In this document: in pieces, positions 43,210 through 52,855 of the stretch
Numbering within the stretch: the first letter of the stretch is position 1
Layout of the letters: each line of letters opens with the position of its first letter
Virus record (IMG/VR): IMGVR_UViG_3300044846_001093
Location: 1-64,000 of that record
From: a virus
Lineage: Duplodnaviria; Heunggongvirae; Uroviricota; Caudoviricetes
DNA length: 64,000 nt
Strand: one strand, 5' to 3'
The notes under the pieces: generated by a model
The model's input: the letters and a program-made list of their open reading frames with translations, nothing else
What the model was told of the DNA's origin: nothing
Databases searched by the model: none
Program-made: the position numbers and the translations under genes

Positions 43210-43988
43210 ATTTCTTTTGCCTTGGATCCAAGCAGTCGCTTGGGCATAATCAACACACGAACACCACTATATGTTTTACCTTTAGACTCATAGTTACGAC
43301 CGGAAGAGTATCTAGCTCCAATGATCGCAGTGTAGTCATCTTTCTTGAAGTCTGCAATGTCTGGATTATATACAGCATGAGCAGAAAAATCCAACATATG
43401 CTTCTCACCAGTTTTTCTAAACACAGCATCACCCTGACCGATAAGATGGATGTTGTCTATGCCAAACTGTGATGCGCCATAAAGTGGACCATATATCGCT
43501 TTACCAATCAAATTTTTATCTTTAATTGTTCTGTAGAATCGTTCTTTGCCACCAACAACAGCTTCATGAAATCCTGTCAGTGTGTCCAAGAATCCCATGA
43601 CAGTCTTATCTTTAGATATTGCACCGGCTTTGGCACCATCAGCCTTTGTTGTAATTCCACTGTATTGCTGAAATCCACTAGCATCAGTACCCATCTTGTG
43701 AGATATGAAACATACATCTTTGAATTTCTTAGATTTTGCGTCATATGTCACCAAGGCAATATCAGCCTTAGGTGTTCCCTCAACTTTGTTGGCGCCATAA
43801 ATGTCTTTGAATACATGTTTACCAGCTTGTATCGTGATAGGTTTACCGACTTTCATGATATAACCATTGATTTGTTGCAGAACAGCTAATTCACCACGCT
43901 CCGTTGGAGTTGGTGAATATAGATTATATGTTTTGTCGAGGTCTTTGAACTTATGTAAAAGCCCATGAACTTTCGCTGATCCTGCCAT
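43206..43988 (-). CDS. Hypothetical protein co-transcribed with rnlA, 260 aa
   Basis: ATGA overlap with rnlA. Late promoter plus SD upstream. Confidence 0.5.
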   Translation of the reverse strand: MAGSAKVHGLLHKFKDLDKTYNLYSPTPTERGELAVLQQINGYIMKVGKPITIQAGKHVFKDIYGANKVEGTPKADIALVTYDAKSKKFKDVCFISHKMGTDASGFQQYSGITTKADGAKAGAISKDKTVMGFLDTLTGFHEAVVGGKERFYRTIKDKNLIGKAIYGPLYGASQFGIDNIHLIGQGDAVFRKTGEKHMLDFSAHAVYNPDIADFKKDDYTAIIGARYSSGRNYESKGKTYSGVRVLIMPKRLLGSKAKEI

Positions 43989-44011
43989 GTAAACTCCAAT
44001 GTTTTATTGGA

Positions 44012-44019
44012 TATTTATA
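44012..44019 (-). promoter_or_regulatory. T4-type late promoter TATAAATA
   Basis: Minus strand reads TATAAATAtccaataaaacattGGAGtttacATG, 23-nt leader. Confidence 0.5.
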
Positions 44020-45451
44020 CACGAACACCTTCAAACTTTGAGTTGAATTTACGCTCACGATTACCAAAGGTATTGATGGGCTTGTCATCAACTTGACCAG
44101 AATCTATGATGTTCTGTGCAATATCCTCAACATCATACAGCCTCATCTTGGATTTGTCAACACCAATCACAAACTTTTTGTTCTCGTTAGGATCACTATA
44201 TCGATTCTTGAGTTGTTTCACCATGATCTGATTCAGTTGGTGCAATTCTTCTGTACTGATTAGTGCAAACATAAAGTCAGCAGTTGCAGGCAAACCAAAC
44301 GATTCTGAAGTATCTTCAAGTCCAACGTCTGAGTTACTGAAACCACTTCGCGTGGTCTGTGTCGCAGAAACGATAGGCACATTGAATTCAACTGCAAGGC
44401 CACGCAACTCTTCAGCAATCGCTTTGATGTATGTGTATGAGTTTACGCTTGCACCCATCTTCATTCTGGAAGAACAGCAGATATTCAAATAGTCAATAAA
44501 GATAATCTTTGGTTGGAAATTCTTTTTCAGGTGCAACTCATTCAACAGTGAACGAAAGTGCATTGATCCAGCAGCCGCAGTTGGATATTCTTTAATGACC
44601 AACTTACCCTGTGCTTTGTTTTGAACAGCTTTGAATCTGCGAACATAATCTTCTTTACTGATAACATGAAGATCATTGATTGAGATGTTCAATAGATTTG
44701 CATCAATTCTTTCAGCAATCTTTTCTTCGGACATTTCCATGGTGATGTACAACACATCAGTGCCCGCCGAGATGCAACCAGCAGCAACGTGACACATGAA
44801 CAAACTCTTACCAACACCAGTGCCAGCAAGTGCGATGTTCAGTGTTTTGTTAGGCAAACCACCCTTGGTGATTTTGTTGAAGTAATCTAGGTCAAACGGA
44901 ACACGCTCTTCTTTTCTGTGATAGAATTCAAAGCGGCTTTCATAATCATGAATGTAATCATGGCCAACGTTTTGATCAAATGACACACCCAAGGCATCAG
45001 CAAGAATCTTAGGAATCTCACCTTTGCCTTTGGTGCTTTTCTTATCATCAAGAATCGTTACAGATTCCATGATAGCATTGTAGATTGCTTTGTCTTGACA
45101 AAACTTCTCTGTCTGATCAGTCAACCAATCAATGTTGGTTTCTTCATTACGTTGCTCATGAATTTCATTCAGCAATTCAATTGCGCCACGAACCTGCTCT
45201 TCGGTATGACTCTTGCCTTCAGTCAGATTGATAATCAATGCTTCGTGTGTAGGCAAATTCTTGTACTTGTCCAGAAACTCACGAACTTCATTGAATACAA
45301 GTTTCTCTACGTTATCAGAGAAGTATTCCTCTTGAATGAACGGTATTGTTTTTCTGGTAAAGTCTTCATTATAAATCAGACTCTTCAGAATAGATTTTTC
45401 TAGGCGATTCAATTTGTGTTTCCGATAAAATAATTTGAGAGAGGATGTCAC
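44015..45451 (-). CDS. gp41: Replicative DnaB-like helicase, T4 gp41 homologue
   Basis: 478 aa. Walker A GTGVGKSL. N-terminus aligns with T4 gp41 (IYNEDFTRK...EEYFSD). True start probably downstream of 45451 and non-ATG. Confidence 0.9.
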   Translation of the reverse strand: MTSSLKLFYRKHKLNRLEKSILKSLIYNEDFTRKTIPFIQEEYFSDNVEKLVFNEVREFLDKYKNLPTHEALIINLTEGKSHTEEQVRGAIELLNEIHEQRNEETNIDWLTDQTEKFCQDKAIYNAIMESVTILDDKKSTKGKGEIPKILADALGVSFDQNVGHDYIHDYESRFEFYHRKEERVPFDLDYFNKITKGGLPNKTLNIALAGTGVGKSLFMCHVAAGCISAGTDVLYITMEMSEEKIAERIDANLLNISINDLHVISKEDYVRRFKAVQNKAQGKLVIKEYPTAAAGSMHFRSLLNELHLKKNFQPKIIFIDYLNICCSSRMKMGASVNSYTYIKAIAEELRGLAVEFNVPIVSATQTTRSGFSNSDVGLEDTSESFGLPATADFMFALISTEELHQLNQIMVKQLKNRYSDPNENKKFVIGVDKSKMRLYDVEDIAQNIIDSGQVDDKPINTFGNRERKFNSKFEGVRV

Positions 45452-45737
45452 CTAACATTGTAACAAATTCCTCACTATTTTCTAAGTCTTTTTTGTTGTG
45501 ATTACCAGGTTTGACAACTTGATAACCAAACTTGAGTCTGGCACCCATGCCAACTTCTTCTATGCTGGCATTAGTATAATAATAAATGACACCCTCATAC
45601 TCTGGTCGGAGTATGAGGATACCAGTCAAATCGCTATCCTCAAAGTCGTGGAAGGAAAAGTCCTTCCCGACCTCAATTGACTTCGGCGCTCTCCAGAACG
45701 TCAACATTGCCCATAATTGATCCATAAGAGATTTCAT
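45369..45737 (-). CDS. Hypothetical protein, 122 aa
   Basis: ORF. Overlaps the annotated gp41 start by 83 nt. Confidence 0.4.
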   Translation of the reverse strand: MKSLMDQLWAMLTFWRAPKSIEVGKDFSFHDFEDSDLTGILILRPEYEGVIYYYTNASIEEVGMGARLKFGYQVVKPGNHNKKDLENSEEFVTMLGDILSQIILSETQIESPRKIYSEESDL

Positions 45738-46728
45738 ATTTTTTCCTCACATATTCACCAAACTTTGGACTGGCAAGTAAGTCTTTCCAGAATTCTTCTG
45801 TTTGTGTTGCATCATAACGTTTCTTGTCACCCAATTCACCAGTCTCTTGATCAACTTTTGCATACCATCCGTTGCTTGGCTTCTGCACAAAGTTACCTTC
45901 AAGTGCAATGTCCAATAGACCAGAGTACTTGTTGATACCACCTTCAAATGTTACGTTGACTGAAATCTTAGATTTTTCACGAACATAGCGTGATTTTTCA
46001 ACGTTGATGATGAAATTGTATCCGATAATCTCAGTGCCATCTTTTTCTTGCTGACGGCCAAGAATATAAATGTTATCTGCGGAGTAGTAAGAACCTGTGC
46101 CACCGCCAACAACATCTTTGGCATAAAGTTCCATAGTCTTATATGTGTGATTCACAACGACCATAGGAATGTCTTTCAATGACAAGTGCGGAGTTACCAT
46201 TCGGAACAAAGACTTGACTTGTTTTGCACGAGACATATCAGCAACAGACTTGCCTTCAAGTGCATCTTCAACTTCTTTCTTGGATGCTAAGTTGCCAATA
46301 GAATCCAACAGAATCATGACACGATCATTTCGCTCAATGCCTTCCAACTGTTTCATGATATCAAACTTCAACTGTTCAATGTCTGTCAGTGGTGTATGGA
46401 TAACACGTTCAGGATCAATTCCAAATGTGTCAAAGTATGCTTGTGGTGTTCCAAACTCAGAGTCATAGAACAGGAGAACGGACTCAGGATACTTGTCCAT
46501 ATATGCTTTAGCCATCAACAGACTGAATGCTGTCTTGAAGTGTTTAGATGGACCAGCCCACATTGTTAGACCTGGTGCAAAGCCACCATCTAATCGTCCA
46601 GAGAGTGCAACGTTGATCATGGGAATTGATGTTTGAATCATATCCTTTTCCATGAAAAACTTTGACTTCGCTAGAATAGATGAGTCTTTGATTGTGGAGT
46701 TCTTTTTGATTTTATCAAGTAGTGACAT
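45673..46728 (-). CDS. uvsX: RecA-like recombinase UvsX
   Basis: 351 aa. Extensive identity to T4 UvsX (PMMNIALSG.., GPSK.FK, DSEFG..P.Y...G.DPERVIHTP). Confidence 0.9.
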   Translation of the reverse strand: MSLLDKIKKNSTIKDSSILAKSKFFMEKDMIQTSIPMINVALSGRLDGGFAPGLTMWAGPSKHFKTAFSLLMAKAYMDKYPESVLLFYDSEFGTPQAYFDTFGIDPERVIHTPLTDIEQLKFDIMKQLEGIERNDRVMILLDSIGNLASKKEVEDALEGKSVADMSRAKQVKSLFRMVTPHLSLKDIPMVVVNHTYKTMELYAKDVVGGGTGSYYSADNIYILGRQQEKDGTEIIGYNFIINVEKSRYVREKSKISVNVTFEGGINKYSGLLDIALEGNFVQKPSNGWYAKVDQETGELGDKKRYDATQTEEFWKDLLASPKFGEYVRKKYEISYGSIMGNVDVLESAEVN

Positions 46729-46736
46729 TATGATCC

Positions 46737-49283
46737 TTAGAAAAATGCGTCAAGTGAATTTGTTTTCTCTGGCTTCCAATCAATACAGTCAAGAATGATT
46801 TTGATTGGATCCAGATATGCTTTCTGGAATTGTACATCATAATCTACATAGTTGTCAAGTCCAAACTCGGTAGGCAGTCTAGATGGATACGAGATTACCG
46901 TATCATTGATGGGATTTGGCTGACGTAGATATGTAAATTTCAGCTTTTCACCTTCTTGAATCACCTGATACTTTTTGGTTAGATCGTGCTTTTTCAAAAG
47001 GTAATTATAGAGTAGCGCACCCTTAACATGAATAGGTGTGCCCTTAGTATATATCTGGCTACTGTCTGAGTATGTGCTTAGACCATTCACAGAACGAGGA
47101 AATGATATCTCTTCAGGCGGTAATTGACTAAACTCATTTCGGAAGTCTTCAATGAATTTCTGCACAGTTTCTTCATCAGTGGTAACAATCAACTTGATCG
47201 TTGCTTTCATCTTTTCACGGATAGCTGACGGTGTTGAAGACTTGACCATTTCCAAACCCATAACTTTCATATGTGGTTCAGCATACTGGACACCTTCGTT
47301 GTTGTACACGTTCAGAATGTAACGCTTCTTTGCTGTCCAGATACCTTTATCAGACAAGCCTTCGCGTTTCATTTGCATCTTCTGCGCAAATGCTTTTACA
47401 TACGTAGCAAGGTCAAGATAAGACTTATCAATAAACGGTTGAATCTTATCTTCACAGACACGGTCCATGAATTCAATGACTTTCGCTGGAGGGAGCGCAA
47501 GTTTATCTGGCGCACCATACACCTTTGTAACAAGCTCATTGAGCCTGAGATAAATTGAGTCCGTATCCGATGCAATAACATAATCAGTCCCGTTCGTTTT
47601 CAGTAGGCTATTCATGTAGCCATTCAGTTTGTTTTCAATCCAGCGAATCGACAACTGACCAGCAAGAGTAACGGCTAACGCGATTCTCAAGTCATAAAAA
47701 CGAAAGTACTGTGAACCCATAGCACCATATGCAGAGTTCAATGAAACTTTCTTAGCAAGTTGCAGATTATTATATCTAGCAATTTTATTCTCTAATTCCG
47801 TGCGTTTTACAGAATCTTTTTCATTCTCATACTCTTGTTGAGCACCCAACATCATCTTCTTGAATTTCTTACGATCATTATACATGTCCTCAAGCATCTT
47901 AGGCACAAAGCCTTGAATGTCTGTGCGAAAGAATTGGCCGTTCGGTGTCAATGTAGCATTCTCAAGCTCTGTCAAATCTATTTCCTGATTTAACATTCGT
48001 TCAACGTCAACATTGGACGACATAATCTTGCGCATGACAGGAGTATAATCTTTTGGATCAATCAATGTCTCAGGCGAGATATTATATTGCATCATCAAGT
48101 GAGGATACAATGAGTTCAAGTCAAACGATGCAACCCACTTGTGCAAACCAACCTGTGGGTCTTTGACATATGCACCCTCAAAGGCACCATCTTTCTTAGT
48201 GCTACCCTTAGGAGGAACAATGATGTTTCGCTCCAGCAGGTAGTTGTGCATGATCGCATCCCACATGCGAGTCTGTGTGAATACATCTTCAAAATTGGAC
48301 TTGGTGTCAAATGCGAGAGTCAGCGACAACTCCAGCAGCTTCAGCTTGTCCTCAAGCTCTTCAATCAGCAAAACGTCAACGATGTTATACTCAATGAACT
48401 TTTGATAATTCATTTTATATAATTGGTGCAAGCTATCAAATTCATCATATGATAGCTTGCTCTTACCCAATTCAACGTTGGCGATGTTGTCTAGGCGATA
48501 TGATTCTTGTGACTTACCACCTGGCGCAAACCATTTGTACAATTCAATGTAATCTAGTGATGCAACACCCTTGATTTCATAAGCAGTCATGTCGCGACCA
48601 TTCACAACAGCTTTACGCTCATGAATCATATTCCATGGAGAAAGGCGCCTTGTTTGTTCTTCGCCAAGAATCTTCATGAACCTATTGTACAGATATGGAA
48701 TATCAAAGAACTTGGTGTTCCAACCAGTTATGATATCTGGGCAGTCATGGAACCAATCTTCAAGGAATCTTTTACACAAATCATATTCATCACGGCACTT
48801 CATGTAGGTGACGTTATCATTATAATTGTTGAAATCACCACAGCCATACACTTTCATGTGCCCGCCGATGCGCTTCACTGCGATAGCGGTGATAGGTTCA
48901 TTGGCTTTGTATGGATCAGGAAAGCCATTCTCGGAGCCAACTTCAATGTCAATGATATCAATAGCAATATGTTCTTGCTTCCAATCGACCATGCCTTTAT
49001 GTTCATCAGCGATAAATGCATACTCATACTTGGTCATGCCAAAAATCTTGAAGTTCTGAACACCATCATACTTTTCAATGAAATCACGGCACTCACGAAT
49101 GGACCCAGGCTTAATTTCATCAAGATATTCACCTTGAAGATTCTTCCATTGTGTTTGCTTATTGGTAGTCAAAAACAGTGACGGCGAGTAAGCAATTTTC
49201 ATCCTTACTCGCCGCCCGTTTTCTACACCACGATAAAGAATATTGTTGCCAATACTGATTACGTTTGTGTAAAAGTTGCTCAT
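46737..49283 (-). CDS. gp43: Family B DNA polymerase, T4 gp43 homologue
   Basis: 848 aa. Exo motif FDIE. Pol motif C IASDTDSIY. Confidence 0.95.
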   Translation of the reverse strand: MSNFYTNVISIGNNILYRGVENGRRVRMKIAYSPSLFLTTNKQTQWKNLQGEYLDEIKPGSIRECRDFIEKYDGVQNFKIFGMTKYEYAFIADEHKGMVDWKQEHIAIDIIDIEVGSENGFPDPYKANEPITAIAVKRIGGHMKVYGCGDFNNYNDNVTYMKCRDEYDLCKRFLEDWFHDCPDIITGWNTKFFDIPYLYNRFMKILGEEQTRRLSPWNMIHERKAVVNGRDMTAYEIKGVASLDYIELYKWFAPGGKSQESYRLDNIANVELGKSKLSYDEFDSLHQLYKMNYQKFIEYNIVDVLLIEELEDKLKLLELSLTLAFDTKSNFEDVFTQTRMWDAIMHNYLLERNIIVPPKGSTKKDGAFEGAYVKDPQVGLHKWVASFDLNSLYPHLMMQYNISPETLIDPKDYTPVMRKIMSSNVDVERMLNQEIDLTELENATLTPNGQFFRTDIQGFVPKMLEDMYNDRKKFKKMMLGAQQEYENEKDSVKRTELENKIARYNNLQLAKKVSLNSAYGAMGSQYFRFYDLRIALAVTLAGQLSIRWIENKLNGYMNSLLKTNGTDYVIASDTDSIYLRLNELVTKVYGAPDKLALPPAKVIEFMDRVCEDKIQPFIDKSYLDLATYVKAFAQKMQMKREGLSDKGIWTAKKRYILNVYNNEGVQYAEPHMKVMGLEMVKSSTPSAIREKMKATIKLIVTTDEETVQKFIEDFRNEFSQLPPEEISFPRSVNGLSTYSDSSQIYTKGTPIHVKGALLYNYLLKKHDLTKKYQVIQEGEKLKFTYLRQPNPINDTVISYPSRLPTEFGLDNYVDYDVQFQKAYLDPIKIILDCIDWKPEKTNSLDAFF

Positions 49284-49580
49284 TTAATATTTTGGAATTG
49301 TTGATGCAATCTGGATGCCTGATCCGAACATTGTATTATACTGATTTTCTAGCTCACGCACAGGTGAATTTATGGTAAGAATGTCACTACGATATATTGT
49401 GATACCAGTTTCAAACTCTTGTGCATATTCCAGGTATGGAATAAAGCCTAGCATTGGACCATCTTTAGTCACTTGAGTTGCGACTTGGACAGGCTTCTTG
49501 ATACTAATCGAGTCGCCGCCTTGTTCAACATCACCAAGAACCGTTTGATTGGTTTTGAAGGTAATAAGTTTCAATGTCAT
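49284..49580 (-). CDS. Hypothetical protein, 98 aa
   Basis: Start immediately after gp43 stop. Confidence 0.45.
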   Translation of the reverse strand: MTLKLITFKTNQTVLGDVEQGGDSISIKKPVQVATQVTKDGPMLGFIPYLEYAQEFETGITIYRSDILTINSPVRELENQYNTMFGSGIQIASTIPKY

Positions 49581-49876
49581 CGTGCTGGCTCCAGCAACTT
49601 GTTGACATTGGCTTCACCGAAAAATGTTTTCAGTGTTACCCACTTCTTGGGAAACAACATTTCACGACCACGGAAGTCATTGATGTTCAATGTTGGATCA
49701 TTGACCAGACCAACAAGCTCGACCATATTGTCAAACTCACGCAGAAACAAGTCATACTTGTATGCTTGTAGATTGTTAGCTACAGCCAATTTATAGGCCA
49801 GCTTTGATGTATCGATATTATTCAATTTCAATATTACTCCATTGTTTGAGTTTCGTGAATTTATGTTGTTTAGCAA
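49577..49876 (-). CDS. Hypothetical protein, 99 aa
   Basis: ATGA overlap. Confidence 0.4.
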   Translation of the reverse strand: MLNNINSRNSNNGVILKLNNIDTSKLAYKLAVANNLQAYKYDLFLREFDNMVELVGLVNDPTLNINDFRGREMLFPKKWVTLKTFFGEANVNKLLEPAR

Positions 49877-50096
49877 GCATTAGTCCTTTCCATTCTACGC
49901 CAACGTTCTTTTTTACAAGCAAATCAATCATGGCTAACAGATCACCCAATTCTTCTTGGAGCATCTGGATATTCGTACAATCTTTACCAGGTTTTATCTG
50001 ATCAGGACCGAAACGAAAGCACTTACTAATTGCTTGAGTTACCTCTGCACATTCTTCTTGGAGAATAAGCAGTATCTCTCTGGTATCTTCGTTCAT
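49818..50096 (-). CDS. MazG-like all-alpha NTP pyrophosphohydrolase, 92 aa
   Basis: LQEECAEV (EExxE) and QEELGDLLAMIDLL (ExxD) motifs. Confidence 0.55.
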   Translation of the reverse strand: MNEDTREILLILQEECAEVTQAISKCFRFGPDQIKPGKDCTNIQMLQEELGDLLAMIDLLVKKNVGVEWKGLMLAKQHKFTKLKQWSNIEIE

Positions 50097-50100
50097 TATA

Positions 50101-50646
50101 TCATACTTTCACAAAGGGTGCAAGCACTGGAGCAGTCCAACCCTCAGGTTTTAGAACTTTACCATCAGCGCGTTTGATAACTTTACCAGTGTCCAAGTCA
50201 ATCTTAGCTAAGTTACTTCGCGCAACCTCAGTCCATGCTCCATCAACATCGTAGCCTTTCATCTTGCAGTAACCTAAGATAACCCAGATCATGTCCATAC
50301 ATGCATCAAGTTGTTCAACTTCATCATTCGCTTTGATAGCGGCTTGAAATTCCCAATACTCTTCATTGATCAGATTACGATACAGGCTAACATTCTCTTT
50401 GCTAGGCAGTTGATCACATGCATCAATGAATGTATTCACGTCCTGATTCATGTCGGTGTTCAGTTTTTTCAAAATAATTGCTCCATTTTCCATGCTAATA
50501 TTTAATTTGGTACCTTCATACCAACCCATGTCTTCAACTAGATCGTCAGGCAACTCTAGAATGGCATCACCATTATCCAGAATTTCAACGACTTCTGCCT
50601 GATAAGTTTTATTCTTCAATTGATACTCTCTTCCATTCATCACCAA
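50101..50646 (-). CDS. Fusion of AbrB/MazE-like swapped-hairpin domain with MazG-like NTP-PPase domain, 181 aa
   Basis: N-terminal GDAILELPDDLVEDMGWYEGTKLNISMENGAIILKKL. C-terminal EEYWE...EQLDACMDMIWVILG. Confidence 0.45.
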   Translation of the reverse strand: MVMNGREYQLKNKTYQAEVVEILDNGDAILELPDDLVEDMGWYEGTKLNISMENGAIILKKLNTDMNQDVNTFIDACDQLPSKENVSLYRNLINEEYWEFQAAIKANDEVEQLDACMDMIWVILGYCKMKGYDVDGAWTEVARSNLAKIDLDTGKVIKRADGKVLKPEGWTAPVLAPFVKV

Positions 50647-50923
50647 TTTTCATCCACAATCTATCATCTTTTCCTACAGCCATCGCAACAGAGTTTGTTA
50701 CCCGTGGATTATACTGAAATTGAATTCCATAAGGACTAGCAGGAATTTTTGATTCATCATATGATCCAGTGAGTTGTAGTGTATAAGCAGTTTTTGGTGG
50801 TGCAAGATGTGTGATATCGCGATTGGCTTCCGCAACTTCTTTTACCTGTCTATATGATGCCGCACCTACGGCGAATGCACCGATGATGCCTGCGCCCCTC
50901 AAAAAATTTCTTCGCATGTTCAT
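50609..50923 (-). CDS. Small Tat-exported protein, 104 aa
   Basis: Twin-arginine signal MNMRRNFLRGAGIIGAFAVGAAS. Confidence 0.5.
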   Translation of the reverse strand: MNMRRNFLRGAGIIGAFAVGAASYRQVKEVAEANRDITHLAPPKTAYTLQLTGSYDESKIPASPYGIQFQYNPRVTNSVAMAVGKDDRLWMKIGDEWKRVSIEE

Positions 50924-51348
50924 AATTTTTCCACTTTCACTCCAGCTCTTTCCAAGAATTGAATGCCATCAGCATTACGATAATGATTACGATAATACAC
51001 AGAATAGATACCACTTTGAAAAACAAGTTTGGCGCAATCAATACAAGGGGCATGAGTGATAAACATAGTAGCACCGTCGCCAGACTCAGTGCTTTTTGCC
51101 AGTTTTGCGATTGCGTTGGTTTCTGCATGAAGTACCTCTGGTTTTGTTTTTAGTACAGGTTCACCTTTATCATAACCAACAATATTTTCACATGTATTGT
51201 CCCAGCCAGATGGCATGCCATTATACCCGATGGATATAATCCTATCATCTTTCACAACGATAGCACCGACCTGCAATCTGACTGCGGTTGAACAACCAGC
51301 AAATGTTTCAGCAGTCGCCATGAATGCTTCAATGTGCTTTGTCTTCAT
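50920..51348 (-). CDS. cd: dCMP deaminase (cytidine/deoxycytidylate deaminase zinc-binding)
   Basis: HAETNAI...PCIDCAKLV. Confidence 0.8.
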   Translation of the reverse strand: MKTKHIEAFMATAETFAGCSTAVRLQVGAIVVKDDRIISIGYNGMPSGWDNTCENIVGYDKGEPVLKTKPEVLHAETNAIAKLAKSTESGDGATMFITHAPCIDCAKLVFQSGIYSVYYRNHYRNADGIQFLERAGVKVEKL

Positions 51349-51362
51349 AACAAATATGTATG

Positions 51363-51878
51363 TCAGTTAGCTAGGACTTTTGATACAGAATTCATGACTG
51401 CGGCAATTCTACCGATATCACGCAACTGTTCTACCGTGTATCCCTCTTTCTTCAAAGTCTCATAGTGAGCCTTGACACAGAAGTGACACTTGCCAACAAT
51501 GCTTGCAGCAAGACTGTATGCTTCAAACTTTGCTTTGGTGGTACCACCATGAGATAGGATAGCATTCATTCTCAATTGTGCTGGTAAACCAGCCAATGCT
51601 GTATCATCAGCCATTTCAACATAAGGATACCAAACGTTGTTCTGTGCCATGATGCTTGCGGCTGCAAGTGCGGCATCAGCCTCTTTACGATCAGTCAGTA
51701 CGCCGTACAACCAAGTCCACAGCTTTGTGTTTCCAGCAGCAAATGCAGCAGCAAGGGCAATCGCCTCTGCTTCTTCAGGTGAGATTGTGCTTCGCTTGAT
51801 TACCGCATCAATATTCAGTTTGGTATCCTTCGCATAATCAGGAATAGTTTCTTTGAGTTGATCAACCCATGTTGTCAT
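51363..51878 (-). CDS. AhpD-like / carboxymuconolactone decarboxylase family protein
   Basis: KCHFCVKAH matches CxxCxxxH. Confidence 0.55.
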   Translation of the reverse strand: MTTWVDQLKETIPDYAKDTKLNIDAVIKRSTISPEEAEAIALAAAFAAGNTKLWTWLYGVLTDRKEADAALAAASIMAQNNVWYPYVEMADDTALAGLPAQLRMNAILSHGGTTKAKFEAYSLAASIVGKCHFCVKAHYETLKKEGYTVEQLRDIGRIAAVMNSVSKVLAN

Positions 51879-52270
51879 TTTGTTTTCTCCGCTAATTGTT
51901 TATAACCTGTTGTTGTAGGATGAACACCGTCTTTACTCAGTCCTGTAATTGGAAGAACGGTGTCACCATACTCTTTTGATACATCTTTGACCATCGCTTG
52001 AATTTCTGGTTTTATCGCAGGTAGAATCCAGAATACTCTAGCTGTACCAACTTTCTCACGAATACGGTGAAGTTCAGCTTTCGTTCTAATGCCCTTATGA
52101 TCGTTACTACCTAAACTAATGATCACAGTCTTTGCGGACAAATCATTTTTCAGATAGTCACGATTCCACTGCATACTGTTCCAACCAGTCTTTGCATATA
52201 CGGCACACTCAGGTCTAGCCATCTGTGTGCCGACTGCAATGCTATCACCGAGGATCAAGCATTCAATCAT
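51875..52270 (-). CDS. SGNH/GDSL-type hydrolase (short), 131 aa
   Basis: Block I LGDSIAVG. Block III LGSNDH. Block V DGVHPT. Confidence 0.6.
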   Translation of the reverse strand: MIECLILGDSIAVGTQMARPECAVYAKTGWNSMQWNRDYLKNDLSAKTVIISLGSNDHKGIRTKAELHRIREKVGTARVFWILPAIKPEIQAMVKDVSKEYGDTVLPITGLSKDGVHPTTTGYKQLAEKTK

Positions 52271-52824
52271 GACAGAGTTTCGCCACCAACTGTACGATTA
52301 CATGCACACAGTTCACCCGTTTGCAGTGCATCAAGAATGCGCAGTGTTTCTTCTGGATTACGACCAACGTTCAGGTTATTGACTGTAACGTGTTGAATAA
52401 CGTTATCAGGACCAACAATGAATGTTGCACGGAGAGCGGCACCTGCTGGTGAATAAAATACACCCAGTTGTTCAATGAGGCTTAGATTACCAGTCTCTGG
52501 ATTCCATCGCTGTGTATCAGCAAATTGGAAGTGCTTGATCTTTTTCAAGTCTTCATGTGAAGATTGCCATGCAACTTTACAAAATTCATTGTCAGTTGAG
52601 CCTGTCAATAGAACAGCATCACGGTCTGCAAAATCTTGATACAATTTATCGTATGCTACAATCTCAGTTGGGCACACGAATGTAAAGTCCTTAGGGTAAT
52701 AGACAATGACTTTCCACTTTCCTGAGAAAGAGTTTTCATCAATATCAAAAAATGCATCAGCAGGTTGACCTGGCTTGACACCAGTTACCAAGAATGAGTC
52801 TAATTTATGTCCGACGGTTTTCAT
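52267..52824 (-). CDS. Peroxiredoxin (AhpC/TSA, 2-Cys Prx family)
   Basis: FTFVCPTEI peroxidatic Cys motif. Start taken at MKTVGHKL (RBS AAGGAAA), not the overlapping upstream ATG. Confidence 0.8.
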   Translation of the reverse strand: MKTVGHKLDSFLVTGVKPGQPADAFFDIDENSFSGKWKVIVYYPKDFTFVCPTEIVAYDKLYQDFADRDAVLLTGSTDNEFCKVAWQSSHEDLKKIKHFQFADTQRWNPETGNLSLIEQLGVFYSPAGAALRATFIVGPDNVIQHVTVNNLNVGRNPEETLRILDALQTGELCACNRTVGGETLS

Positions 52825-52855
52825 ATTTTCCTTATGTTGTAATTTTGTTATGATA

